Positions 42,081 to 51,561 of a stretch of DNA of 64,000 bases are shown here, one piece after another. The notes beneath the pieces are model-generated. The model saw only the letters and a list, made by a program, of their open reading frames with translations, was not told where the DNA came from and made no database searches. The position numbers were made by a program, and so were the translations under genes. Every line of letters begins with the position of its first letter. Positions within the stretch are counted from its first letter, which is position 1. The DNA comes from Candidatus Eiseniibacteriota bacterium. GTDB lineage: Bacteria > Eisenbacteria > RBG-16-71-46 > CAZEPH01. The stretch lies in NCBI GenBank assembly GCA_044229145.1, contig JBGATO010000004.1, positions 44,900 to 108,899 of the forward strand. The letters are read 5' to 3'.

Positions 42081-44987
42081 ATGGGAGAACGAGACGAGAT
42101 GTTCGAGGACGTGTCGAACCCGTGCCGCCGCGACCCGCGCGTGACGCCCGCCGCGCTGGCATGGATCACGGTGATGGTGCTCCTGACGTGCGGTGCCGCG
42201 CGTGTGGTCGCCACTCCCGCACCGGCAGCACGGCCCACCGGGCCCCCCGGAAAGATCGCCGGCCGCGTCGTCGGCAGCGACACCGGCGAAGGCGTGAGCT
42301 TCTGCGAAGTCATCCTGCTGCCGGCCGACAGCACCGCGCGCAAGATCGGCACGCACAGCAACTCCGACGGCACGTACGTCCTCGAGGCGCCGGCCGGCCG
42401 CTACGCGCTGCAGTTCCGCGCGCTGTCGTACGACGTGAAACGAATCGAAGGCGTCGCGATCGCCGCGGGCCAGACGCTCGGCTTCAACGCGGCGCTGAAG
42501 TTCCACGCCATCCAACAGGTCGAAGTCGTGGTCGAGTCGCGCACCAAAAAATCCAGCGACGTCTCGATGCTCACCGTCCGCAAGAGGGCCATCGCGGTGG
42601 GCGACGCAGTGAGCGCCGAGCAGGTCAAGAAATCGCCCGACAAGGACGCCGGCGAAGTGCTGCGCCGTGTCACCGGCCTCTCGGTGTCGAGCGGCAAGTA
42701 CGTCTATGTGCGCGGCCTCGGCGAGCGCTACAGCTCGACTCAGATCGACGGCGTGCGCATCGCGAGCCCGGAGCAAAACAAGCGCGTGGTGCCGATGGAT
42801 CTCATTCCCGCCACGCTGCTCGAAAACATCGTCGTGCAGAAAACCTACACGGCGGATTTGCCCGGCGAGTTCGGCGGCGGCGACATCCAGGTATCGACGC
42901 GCAACTTCCCCGGGCGCCGGATGTGGAGCGTGGCTGCAGGTCAGAGCCTTGAGAGTGGCGTCACCTTCCACTCGCGCAGCATGTACGGTGACGACGCCGG
43001 CGATGCCTGGGGATACGGCGCGAGCCGCCGCCGAATTCCGGCTGCTGTCTCCGACATCGCGGGTTCGCGGCCGCTGCTGCGCAGCAGCAATCCGACGCGC
43101 GGCTTCACGCTCGCGCAGCTCGCGACCGTCGCACGGTCGTTCGACAACGTGTGGACGCCGCGGCGTGGCGCATCGGCGGCGCCGAACCAAAGCGTCAACG
43201 CCACCTACGGCGACGAGTTCCGCGTGCTCGGGCGGTCCATCGGAGTGATCGAAGCGTTGTCGTTCACGCGCGGTTTCGATGCGCAGGACGAGTCGCAGCG
43301 ATTCTTCGCCGACGGCGGCGACACGCTCTACGACTACGCGGTCCACCGCCAGAAGGAGTCTGTGCAATTGGGGGCGATCTCGGGCCTCAGCGCGCGGCTT
43401 GCAACGGGCCACACTGTTCACGCACGCGGCTTCTACAACAACTCGGGAGAAGACGAAGTCCGCACATATGAGGGTGTGGACCACAATCGCATCGAATCGG
43501 TGACGGGGAACTGGCTGACTCACCGCGCCACGCGGCTGCGCTACGTCGAGCGGTCGGTCTTTTCGGGTTCGCTGGAAGGCACGCACGCGTTTCCGTCCGC
43601 GCACCTCGATGTCACGTGGCGTCTCAACTCCTCGCATGCACGCCAGCAGCAACCGGATCGCCGCGAGACCATCTACGACCAGCATTTTTACGACGACGGC
43701 AGCGGCCGACTGGTGGACTACTGGGTGCTCGGTTCGAACGGCCTGCGCGAGTACGGCGACTTGTCCGAAGATGGGCGCGGCCGGGCGCTGAAGATTGCGA
43801 TGCCTTATCGCCTCGCCGGACTCGGCAACGGCAAGCTCCAGGCTGGGTACGACCGGCAGGCGAAAGACCGCGACAGTTTCTATCGCAGGTTCAATTTCCA
43901 CCAGGGCAGCGGTGCCGATATTACGGCAGCGCCCGAGAGCATCTTCGCGCCGTCGGGGCTAGACGGCAGTGCCGGGTCGGGGTGGGTCGAGGAAGCCACG
44001 CTGGCCATCGACAACTACCGCGCCTGCAGCGTGGTGGAAGCGGCCTTCGTGTCGGCCGACATTCCGCTCGGCGCCCGTGTCCGCGGCAACCTCGGCGTAC
44101 GCCGTGAATTCGGCCTGCAGGACGTTCGCACCTTTGACCTCTTCGACCCCGCGAAGATCGTGGCCGAAGGCCGGTTGCGCAACACCGACTGGTTGCCGGC
44201 CGGAAACCTCGCCGTCGAAATTGCGCCCTCGACGAACTTACGTCTCGCTGCCAGCCGCACCGTCTCGCGCCCCGACCTCAACGAACTCTCGCCGAGTCCC
44301 TCGCTGGAGTACGTCGGCGGCTTCCAGGTGGCCGGCAATCCGCAGTTGCGGCGCGCCACCATCGCCAACTACGACATCCGCCTCGAGACCTTTCCGAGCT
44401 TGTCCGAAGTGTTCGCGGTCGGCGGCTTTTACAAGGCGATGGACGCGCCGATCGAGCAGGTCATCCAAGCGGGTGCGCCTCCGGTTCTGGTGCCGCGCAA
44501 CTCGGACCGCGGTCACAACGTCGGACTCGAACTCGAAGCGCGCGCGGCACTGCTGCGGCTCGCGCCCTGGCTGCACAACTTCTTCTTGAACAGCAACGCA
44601 TCGATCATCCACTCCGACGTCAGGCTGGAGCCGCAAATCTCGAAGCTCGGATCGGAACACCACCCGCTGCAGGGCCAGGCGAAGGTTCTGGCGAACGCGT
44701 CCCTGAGCTACGCGGCAGCGAACGGCAGGCGCGACGTCACCGTGCTACTTGGCGTCGTGGGAACGCGACTGCGGGCGCTGGGTCTGCACCCGCTCCCCGA
44801 CGTCTACGCGCAGCCCACCACGAGTCTCGACGTGACGGTGAATGCCGCAGCGTTCACGAGCGGGCGCCTCAAGCTGTCGGCGAAAAACCTGCTCGATCCG
44901 CGCGTGCGCGAGCTGCAGGGCGATCGCGAAGTGTCTGGCTACCGGGACGGGCGACGCTACGCCGTGTCCTTCTCCTACGGATCGTAG
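42081..44987 (+). CDS. TonB-dependent receptor with N-terminal carboxypeptidase-regulatory-like domain
   Basis: GKIAGRVV, plug DAGEVLRRVTG...YVRGLGERY, VPMDLIP, RTVSRP, GNPQL, SAKNLLD. The start may be further downstream (e.g. 42141). Confidence 0.92.
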   Translation: MGERDEMFEDVSNPCRRDPRVTPAALAWITVMVLLTCGAARVVATPAPAARPTGPPGKIAGRVVGSDTGEGVSFCEVILLPADSTARKIGTHSNSDGTYVLEAPAGRYALQFRALSYDVKRIEGVAIAAGQTLGFNAALKFHAIQQVEVVVESRTKKSSDVSMLTVRKRAIAVGDAVSAEQVKKSPDKDAGEVLRRVTGLSVSSGKYVYVRGLGERYSSTQIDGVRIASPEQNKRVVPMDLIPATLLENIVVQKTYTADLPGEFGGGDIQVSTRNFPGRRMWSVAAGQSLESGVTFHSRSMYGDDAGDAWGYGASRRRIPAAVSDIAGSRPLLRSSNPTRGFTLAQLATVARSFDNVWTPRRGASAAPNQSVNATYGDEFRVLGRSIGVIEALSFTRGFDAQDESQRFFADGGDTLYDYAVHRQKESVQLGAISGLSARLATGHTVHARGFYNNSGEDEVRTYEGVDHNRIESVTGNWLTHRATRLRYVERSVFSGSLEGTHAFPSAHLDVTWRLNSSHARQQQPDRRETIYDQHFYDDGSGRLVDYWVLGSNGLREYGDLSEDGRGRALKIAMPYRLAGLGNGKLQAGYDRQAKDRDSFYRRFNFHQGSGADITAAPESIFAPSGLDGSAGSGWVEEATLAIDNYRACSVVEAAFVSADIPLGARVRGNLGVRREFGLQDVRTFDLFDPAKIVAEGRLRNTDWLPAGNLAVEIAPSTNLRLAASRTVSRPDLNELSPSPSLEYVGGFQVAGNPQLRRATIANYDIRLETFPSLSEVFAVGGFYKAMDAPIEQVIQAGAPPVLVPRNSDRGHNVGLELEARAALLRLAPWLHNFFLNSNASIIHSDVRLEPQISKLGSEHHPLQGQAKVLANASLSYAAANGRRDVTVLLGVVGTRLRALGLHPLPDVYAQPTTSLDVTVNAAAFTSGRLKLSAKNLLDPRVRELQGDREVSGYRDGRRYAVSFSYGS

Positions 44988-44998
44988 AGGAGATCATC

Positions 44999-45628
44999 AT
45001 GGACCGTCCGATCACAGCTGTGCTCTGCGCCGCTCTCCTGCTCGTCCCCGTGGCCTCGCGGAGTGCGGCGCGGGCCGACTCGACCGCCGCTCCGCGCCGC
45101 GTCTACTCGGTACGCGACCTGCCGGGGTACACGCCGCTCGTGGATCCCGAGTCGACCTCAGTCGTCCTGGGGCGCCGGATGCACGTCCCACCGACCGATG
45201 TCGAGTTCGCCGGCGGCGCGGCCTCACTGCAAGACCTGGCGCGTGCCATCTGCCGTAGTATTTCGTCCGGCTCCGTCGACTCCCTGCTCGCGCTGTGCGT
45301 CACCGACGCGGAATTTCGTGAGGTGCTGTGGCGGGAATTCCCCCAAAGCCGTCCGGCGACCGGCGTCACATGGACGGATGCCTGGACGATTCTCTTCCCT
45401 CGCCTGCGGGCCGGCTGCTCCCATGCGGTCCGCGACCACGTGGGCGGTCCGTACACGTTCATTCGCTTCGTGCCGCCGGACTCCACACTCGAATACGCGC
45501 ACTTTACGATGCGGAGCCGCCTGGTGGCGGAAGTCGAGGATGCCGCCGGCCACCGCGAGCGGTGGCGCTGGTGGCGCGCCGCCGTTGGCCGGCACGGACG
45601 GTGGAAGATCTACAGCACCGAAGATTGA
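44999..45628 (+). CDS. Exported hypothetical protein
   Basis: GAGGAG RBS; signal peptide; directly follows the TonB receptor. Confidence 0.75.
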   Translation: MDRPITAVLCAALLLVPVASRSAARADSTAAPRRVYSVRDLPGYTPLVDPESTSVVLGRRMHVPPTDVEFAGGAASLQDLARAICRSISSGSVDSLLALCVTDAEFREVLWREFPQSRPATGVTWTDAWTILFPRLRAGCSHAVRDHVGGPYTFIRFVPPDSTLEYAHFTMRSRLVAEVEDAAGHRERWRWWRAAVGRHGRWKIYSTED

Positions 45629-45661
45629 CCCGGCCCAGTGGCCCGAACGGTTCTCCGGCCC

Positions 45662-45704
45662 GTAACAGCCGGTTGATGCCACCGTCACCCGTAGCTGCTA
45701 GGAT
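45662..45704 (+). promoter_or_regulatory. Pho-box-like array and extended -10 upstream of phoB copy 2
   Basis: GTAAC(45662), TTGAT(45673), GTCAC(45684); TGcTAGGAT with the hexamer at 45699. Confidence 0.55.
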
Positions 45705-45787
45705 GCGCGAGAGCAAACATGCTGCCGATGCCCCAGACGCGCCACGCCAGTGCACTGAGGACTCCCCGTTTTCTAGTCGAGGATCGT

Positions 45788-46468
45788 GTGGCCGAGTTCA
45801 TCCTCCTGGTCGAGGACGAAGAAGAAATCCGGGATCTGGTGAAGTTCAATCTGGAGCGCGAAGGATATCGGGTCTCCACCGCGCCGGATGGCGAGGAAGG
45901 GCTGCGTCAGGCGTTCGAGACGCGGCCGGATCTCATCGTGCTGGACATCATGCTGCCGACGCGCAACGGATTGGAGATTCTGCGCGAGCTGCGGAACGAG
46001 CCGCACACCCAAGACGTGCCGGTGCTGCTGCTCACCGCGCGCTCGACCGAACTCGACAAGCTGCTCGGGTTCGAGTACGGCGCCGACGACTACATCTCGA
46101 AGCCGTTCAGCGTGCGCGAGCTCCTCGCGCGTGTGCGTGCCGTTCTGCGGCGCAGCGGAGACAACGACGTGGCGACGACGCTCGAGCACGGTCTGCTCCA
46201 GATCGATCTTGCTGCGCACGAGGTCTGCGTCGACGGCAAGAAGGTCGTGTTCACGCGTCGCGAGTTCGACCTGCTGACGTTTCTCGTGCGGCACGCGGGG
46301 CGCGTGCTACCACGAGAGGAACTGCTCCGCAAGGTGTGGGGGTATGACTTCGTCGGCGAATCGCGCACTGTGGACGTCCACATCCGCCGGGTGCGGGTGA
46401 AGTTGGGAAAGGCGGGAACGCTGATCGAGACGGTACCAGGGGTCGGCTACCGCGCCTCGCGTCTCTAG
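45788..46468 (+). CDS. phoB: PhoB/PhoP-type response regulator (copy 2)
   Basis: GTG after GAGGA; closely similar to 35821-36504 (EIRxLVKFNLER, LDIMLP, LLRKVWGY, RTVDVH). Confidence 0.88.
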   Translation: MAEFILLVEDEEEIRDLVKFNLEREGYRVSTAPDGEEGLRQAFETRPDLIVLDIMLPTRNGLEILRELRNEPHTQDVPVLLLTARSTELDKLLGFEYGADDYISKPFSVRELLARVRAVLRRSGDNDVATTLEHGLLQIDLAAHEVCVDGKKVVFTRREFDLLTFLVRHAGRVLPREELLRKVWGYDFVGESRTVDVHIRRVRVKLGKAGTLIETVPGVGYRASRL

Positions 46469-46488
46469 CGGCCGAGCTGTTACGGGAA

Positions 46489-46542
46489 TTTACATTTCGG
46501 CAATCAGATCGAGACGGCTCGGCAATCCGGCGCACCTATCTT
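46489..46542 (+). promoter_or_regulatory. Pho-box-like array and -10 upstream of porin-pstSCAB
   Basis: TTTAC(46489), GCAAT(46500), GAGAC(46511), GCAAT(46522); CGGCAATC repeated at exactly 22 bp; TATCTT at 46537. Confidence 0.55.
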
Positions 46543-46613
46543 TTCTCGCGATGAAGCGACACGTAACCCGCCCGCGCCGAGAGCGCGGGGCTCCCGTCAG
46601 CGGAGGACATCGC

Positions 46614-47894
46614 GTGACCCCCCGAATCGCACGCCGCACTGCCGGCCGGATGGCCGGCCTCGGCTTCGCCCTGAGTCTTGCCCTCGTCCCCCATCCTACG
46701 CTCGCGCAATCCTCGGAGGACGCGGCTGCCGAATCGCCAGCGCCCGCCGACAGCGTCACCGCCGAAGAGGTCAAGGGTTTGCTCGACGGCCTCACCGAGG
46801 GTGTCCAGACGATCCAGTCGGATGTCGACAAGCTCAAGAAGATCAAGATCAGCGGCTACATCCAGGCCCGCATGCAGTGGAACCAGGCGAGCGCCGACAC
46901 AGTCAAGGCGAGCGGTTCGCTCACCGCCGCCAACAGCGATTTCTTCTTCATTCGCCGCGGCCGGCTCAAGGTCACCTACGACTCGGGCCCGCTCAGCCAA
47001 GCGGTGATCTACCTCGACGCCGGCACCGATCGCATCGCGCGACTGCTCGAAGGCTACGTGACGCTGCTCGATCCGTGGACGACCCAGCACATCCACTCGG
47101 TCACGATGGGACAGTTCAACGTGCCATTCGGCTACGAGATCGAGCGGTCGTCGAGTGTGCGCGAACTGCCAGAGCGCTCGCGCGCCGAAAACGTGCTGTT
47201 CAGTGGCGAACGCGACCGCGGCGTGAAGATCACCAACAATTGGACACCGAAACTGCAAACGGTGTTCGCGGTGCTCAACGGCGGTGGCATCAATGACGCC
47301 AACTTCCCGAACGCCGACCCGACAGGCGGGAAAGACTGGACGGCCCGCGGCCGCTACGTCGGCGGTGTGGTGGACGCAGCGGTGAGCTACTACAAGGGCC
47401 ACGCGCTGACGCCGCTCACCGGCGACGATATCGCGACCGACAAGAAGCGCTTCGGCGCCGACGTGCAGACCTACTACCAGCTGCCGACCCTCGGCGGCGG
47501 CTCGCTCAAGGGCGAGTTCTACCAAGGTCACGACCTCAACGCCGACTCGCTCTCGACGCTGCTGACCGGCGGCGCGACGGCGAACCCGCGGTTGCTTAAG
47601 TCCGGCGCCGACCCGATGCACCTCGCCACCGACGTGCGCGGCTGGTACGCGATGTGTGTGCAGAACCTCGGCGAAAAGGCGCAGTTCGCCGGACGCCACG
47701 ATGAGTGGGACCCCAACACCGATCTCGCGCACGACCAGTACAAGCGGACGTCGCTTGCGCTGCACTACTTCTACGACGGCTACACCCGAGTGACGCTCTC
47801 GTACGACGTGATCAAGACGGAGAAGAAGTCGGGCGCGATCTACAGCGACCCCAAGGACAATCTGCTGACGGTGCAGCTGCAGCACAAGTTCTAG
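46614..47894 (+). CDS. Phosphate-selective porin (OprO/OprP-like)
   Basis: GGAGGA RBS; coiled segment then ISGYIQAR, FFIRRGRLK, GQFNVPFGYE, terminal QLQHKF; directly upstream of pstS. Confidence 0.85.
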   Translation: MTPRIARRTAGRMAGLGFALSLALVPHPTLAQSSEDAAAESPAPADSVTAEEVKGLLDGLTEGVQTIQSDVDKLKKIKISGYIQARMQWNQASADTVKASGSLTAANSDFFFIRRGRLKVTYDSGPLSQAVIYLDAGTDRIARLLEGYVTLLDPWTTQHIHSVTMGQFNVPFGYEIERSSSVRELPERSRAENVLFSGERDRGVKITNNWTPKLQTVFAVLNGGGINDANFPNADPTGGKDWTARGRYVGGVVDAAVSYYKGHALTPLTGDDIATDKKRFGADVQTYYQLPTLGGGSLKGEFYQGHDLNADSLSTLLTGGATANPRLLKSGADPMHLATDVRGWYAMCVQNLGEKAQFAGRHDEWDPNTDLAHDQYKRTSLALHYFYDGYTRVTLSYDVIKTEKKSGAIYSDPKDNLLTVQLQHKF

Positions 47895-47935
47895 CGCCGG
47901 GCGGCAGACGACGACACGACAGGAGAGAGACTGAG

Positions 47936-48772
47936 ATGAAGCGCTTCACCCGATTGTTGTCCGTCGCGACGGTGCTCGCGACGCTCGGCGCCGTGCCGGC
48001 GTTCGCCGGCCGCGGCGTCACGGTCAAGGGCTCGGACACCATGGTGATCCTGGCCGGGCGGTGGGCCGAGCAGTACATGAACAAGACGCCCGGGGCGATC
48101 GTGCAGGTGACCGGCGGTGGCTCCGGCGTCGGGATCGCCGCGCTGATCAACGGCACCACCGACATCGCTACGGCGTCGCGCCCGATGAAGGACGACGAGA
48201 AGCTGAAGCTGCGCGATCGCTACCAGACGATGGGCGTGGAAACGCCGGTCGCCAAAGACGGACTTTCCGTCTACCTGCACGCCAAGAATCCGGTAAAGTC
48301 CCTGACGTTCCAGCAGCTCGCCGCGATCTACATGGGCCAGATCACCAACTGGAAGCAGGTCGGCGGCGCCGATGCGCGCATCATCGTCTACGGACGCGAG
48401 AACAACTCCGGCACGTACGCGTTCTTCAAGGACCATGTGCTCGGCGGCAAGGACTTCGCGCCGCAGACGCAGACGCTGCAAGGAACCGCCGCGGTGGTGA
48501 ACGCGGTCTCGAAGGATGTCAATGGCATCGGCTACGGTGGCGCCGCGTACACCAAGGGCGTGCGCGACTGTGCGATTGCCAAGGATGCGAAGTCGAAGGC
48601 GATCATGCCGAGTGCGGCGACGGTCAAGGACGGCACCTACCCGCTGTCGCGCTTGCTGTACTTCTACACGCGCAAGGCGCCGGCTGGCGACGTGCAGAAG
48701 TTCATCGCGTTCGTGAAGTCGCCGGAGGGTCAGGCGCTTGCCGCGCAGGTCGGATACTTCCCCCTCAAGTAA
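47936..48772 (+). CDS. pstS: Phosphate ABC transporter substrate-binding protein
   Basis: KGSDTM, GGGSGVGIAAL, GRENNSGT, YPLSRLLY. Confidence 0.95.
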   Translation: MKRFTRLLSVATVLATLGAVPAFAGRGVTVKGSDTMVILAGRWAEQYMNKTPGAIVQVTGGGSGVGIAALINGTTDIATASRPMKDDEKLKLRDRYQTMGVETPVAKDGLSVYLHAKNPVKSLTFQQLAAIYMGQITNWKQVGGADARIIVYGRENNSGTYAFFKDHVLGGKDFAPQTQTLQGTAAVVNAVSKDVNGIGYGGAAYTKGVRDCAIAKDAKSKAIMPSAATVKDGTYPLSRLLYFYTRKAPAGDVQKFIAFVKSPEGQALAAQVGYFPLK

Positions 48773-48773
48773 C

Positions 48774-49784
48774 GTGACCTTTCCTCCTTCGGCGACGACC
48801 GCCGGCGGCTCACTGCCGCTGGGCGCCGGACGCACCACCATGGCGGCGGGGCTCACGCCTCGCCGCCGCGCGCGCCGGCGCACCGATTGGCAGGAAGTCG
48901 CCATCGTGGCACTCCTGCGACTGTGTGCATTGACGGCTCTCGTCGGCCTGCTGCTCATCATCGTCTTCGTGTTCCGCGAAGCGATGCCGGTGTTCACCAA
49001 CGCCGAGACGCAGAAGGAAGCGAGTCTCCATCACTTCCTGCGCACGCCGATTTGGCAGCCGGTCAGTGACGAGCCGAAGTACGGCATCCTGCCGCTGCTG
49101 ATCGGCACGCTGAAGACCACGGTGATGGCGATGCTGTTCGGCGTGCCGACCGCGCTGCTCGCCGCGCTCTACGCGAGCGAGTTCGCGCCGCACTGGATGC
49201 GCGAGGTGCTGAAGCCGGTGATCGAGATGCTCGCCGGTGTGCCATCGGTGGTGCTCGGCTTCTTCGGGTTGATCGTGCTGGCGAGTTGGGTACAAGCGGT
49301 GACGCATTCGCCGATGCGGCTCAATGCGGTGAGCGCGGGGCTGGCGCTGTCGCTCGCGGTGATCCCGACGGTGTTCTCGGTGACCGAGGATGCGTTGCGC
49401 GCGGTGCCGCGCACGGTGCGCGAGGCGTCGCTGGCGCTCGGCGCAACGCCGTGGCAGACGGCGTGGCACGTCACGCTCCCGGCCGCGTCGGCGGGGGCGC
49501 TGGCCGGCGTGTTGCTCGGCCTCGCGCGCGCGGTGGGCGAAACGATGATCGTGCTCATGGTGTCCGGCAATGCGTCGATCGTCAGCGCGAATCCGTTCGA
49601 CTCGGTGCGCACGCTGTCGGCGACCATTGCGTCGGAGATGGCGGAAGTCGTGGTGGGCGCCCCGCACTACTCGACGCTGTTCTTTCTCGGCGCGCTGCTG
49701 TTCGTCATCACGTTCATCATCAACATGCTCGCGGGCTACTTCGTGGGACGGCTGCGCGCGAAATTGACGGGGCAAGCGGCATGA
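48774..49784 (+). CDS. pstC: Phosphate ABC transporter permease PstC
   Basis: YGILPLLIGT, LAGVPSVVLG, ARAVGETM. Start GTG 48774 or ATG 48840. Confidence 0.93.
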   Translation: MTFPPSATTAGGSLPLGAGRTTMAAGLTPRRRARRRTDWQEVAIVALLRLCALTALVGLLLIIVFVFREAMPVFTNAETQKEASLHHFLRTPIWQPVSDEPKYGILPLLIGTLKTTVMAMLFGVPTALLAALYASEFAPHWMREVLKPVIEMLAGVPSVVLGFFGLIVLASWVQAVTHSPMRLNAVSAGLALSLAVIPTVFSVTEDALRAVPRTVREASLALGATPWQTAWHVTLPAASAGALAGVLLGLARAVGETMIVLMVSGNASIVSANPFDSVRTLSATIASEMAEVVVGAPHYSTLFFLGALLFVITFIINMLAGYFVGRLRAKLTGQAA

Positions 49785-50695
49785 GCCGGACGACACCGCG
49801 CGGCACGCGCATCGCCGGACGCGTCTTCCCGATTCTCAGCGCGGTAGCCGCGTGTCTCATCATCGCGATGCTCGCGCTCATCCTCGGCAACATCGTGCTG
49901 CACGGGTGGTCGACGATCACGTGGGAGTTCTTGTCGGCATCGCCGCGTGAGGGCATGACGCAGGGCGGCATCTTCCCGGCGATCTTCGGCACGCTGCTGC
50001 TGGTCGTGTTGATGGTGATCGCGCTGGTGCCGTGCGGCGTCGGCGCGGCGATTTACTTGCACGAGTTCGCACCGGCCAACAGTTGGCTGACGAAGGCAGT
50101 GCGTTTCGCGATTGGCAATCTCGCGGGCGTGCCGAGCATCGTGTTCGGATTGTTCGGTCTCGGCTTCTTCATCCAGTTCCTCGGGCGGCGCATCGACATG
50201 GCGACGGGGCAAGACGTCGCGTGGGGGCAGCCGTGCTTGCTGTGGGCGGCGTTGACGCTCGCGTTGCTCAACCTGCCGGTGGTGATCGTGACCGCGGAAG
50301 AAGCTCTCAAGACGGTGCCGGGCGACATGCGCGAAGCGGCGCTGGCACTCGGCGCGACGCGGTGGAAGACGATCTGGCACGTGCTTCTGCCACAGGCGAT
50401 GCCGGGGATTCTCACCGGCACCGTGCTGGCGATCGCCCGCGGTGCCGGCGAGGTCGCGCCGATTCTGTTCACCGGCGCCGCGTACTTCCTGCCGTTCCTG
50501 CCGCACTCGCCGCAGGATCAGTTCATGGAGTTGGGCTATCACGTGTACGTGTTGGCCACGCAATCGCCGGACGTCGACGCGACGCGTCCGTTGCTCTACG
50601 GCACGGTGTTGGTGCTGCTCGTGCTGACATTCGCGCTCAACGCCGTGGCGGTGGCGATGCGCACCCAGATGCGCGCGCGCTTGGCCGGGAGGTAA
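49781..50695 (+). CDS. pstA: Phosphate ABC transporter permease PstA
   Basis: GGIFPAIFGT, NLAGVPSIVFGLFG, ARGAGEVAP; ATGA overlap with pstC. Confidence 0.94.
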   Translation: MSRTTPRGTRIAGRVFPILSAVAACLIIAMLALILGNIVLHGWSTITWEFLSASPREGMTQGGIFPAIFGTLLLVVLMVIALVPCGVGAAIYLHEFAPANSWLTKAVRFAIGNLAGVPSIVFGLFGLGFFIQFLGRRIDMATGQDVAWGQPCLLWAALTLALLNLPVVIVTAEEALKTVPGDMREAALALGATRWKTIWHVLLPQAMPGILTGTVLAIARGAGEVAPILFTGAAYFLPFLPHSPQDQFMELGYHVYVLATQSPDVDATRPLLYGTVLVLLVLTFALNAVAVAMRTQMRARLAGR

Positions 50696-50696
50696 G

Positions 50697-51443
50697 GTGC
50701 TCGAGGCACGGCAGTTCAACTTGTGGTATGGCGATCACCAGGTGCTCAAGGACGCCAGCGTGCGGATGCCGGAGCGCAGCGTGACGGCGATCATCGGGCC
50801 GTCGGGCTGCGGCAAGAGCACGCTGCTGCGCGCGTTCAATCGCATGCACGATCTGTCGCCGGGCGTGCGGATGAGCGGTCTTCTGCGCGTCGGCGACACC
50901 GACGTGAACGCCGCCGACACTGATGTCGTGGAGCTGCGACGCCGCGTCGGCATGGTGTTCCAGCGTCCCAATCCGTTCCCGAAATCGATCTTCGAAAACG
51001 TCGTGTTCGGCCTGCGGATGCAGGGCGTGTCGTCGCGCCGCGACCTCGAATTGCGCGCCGAGGAGTGCCTCAAGCAAGTCGCCCTGTGGGACGAGGTGAA
51101 GGATCGCCTGCACCGCTCGGCCTTGGCGCTCTCGGGTGGGCAGCAGCAGCGGTTGTGCATCGCCCGTTGCCTGGCGGTGCAGCCGGACGTGTTGCTCATG
51201 GACGAGCCGGCGTCGGCGCTGGATCCCGTCTCCACCGCGCGCCTCGAGGAGTTGATCGTGCAACTGCGCCGCGACTACACGATCGCGGTCGTGACCCACA
51301 ACATGCAGCAGGCCACCCGCATCTCCCAGCACACTGCTTTCCTCTACCAAGGCTGGGTGGTCGAATACGGCGAAACCGAGCAGGTATTCGGGGCGCCACG
51401 GAATCCGACCACGGCGGAGTACATCGGCGGGCGGTTCGGGTAG
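50697..51443 (+). CDS. pstB: Phosphate ABC transporter ATP-binding protein
   Basis: GPSGCGKST, FQRPNPFPKSI, LSGGQQQRLCIAR, VTHNMQQA, YIGGRFG. Confidence 0.96.
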   Translation: MLEARQFNLWYGDHQVLKDASVRMPERSVTAIIGPSGCGKSTLLRAFNRMHDLSPGVRMSGLLRVGDTDVNAADTDVVELRRRVGMVFQRPNPFPKSIFENVVFGLRMQGVSSRRDLELRAEECLKQVALWDEVKDRLHRSALALSGGQQQRLCIARCLAVQPDVLLMDEPASALDPVSTARLEELIVQLRRDYTIAVVTHNMQQATRISQHTAFLYQGWVVEYGETEQVFGAPRNPTTAEYIGGRFG

Positions 51444-51561
51444 GGGCCTCGCACGCGGACCCTTGCCGCCGGGCGGGAGACCTCGTACCGTCCCCAGATT
51501 GGCGCGCCGCCGGCGGCATGGTCGCGCGTCTCCCCCCAGCCGACTTCGAGGAGCCGTCCGC

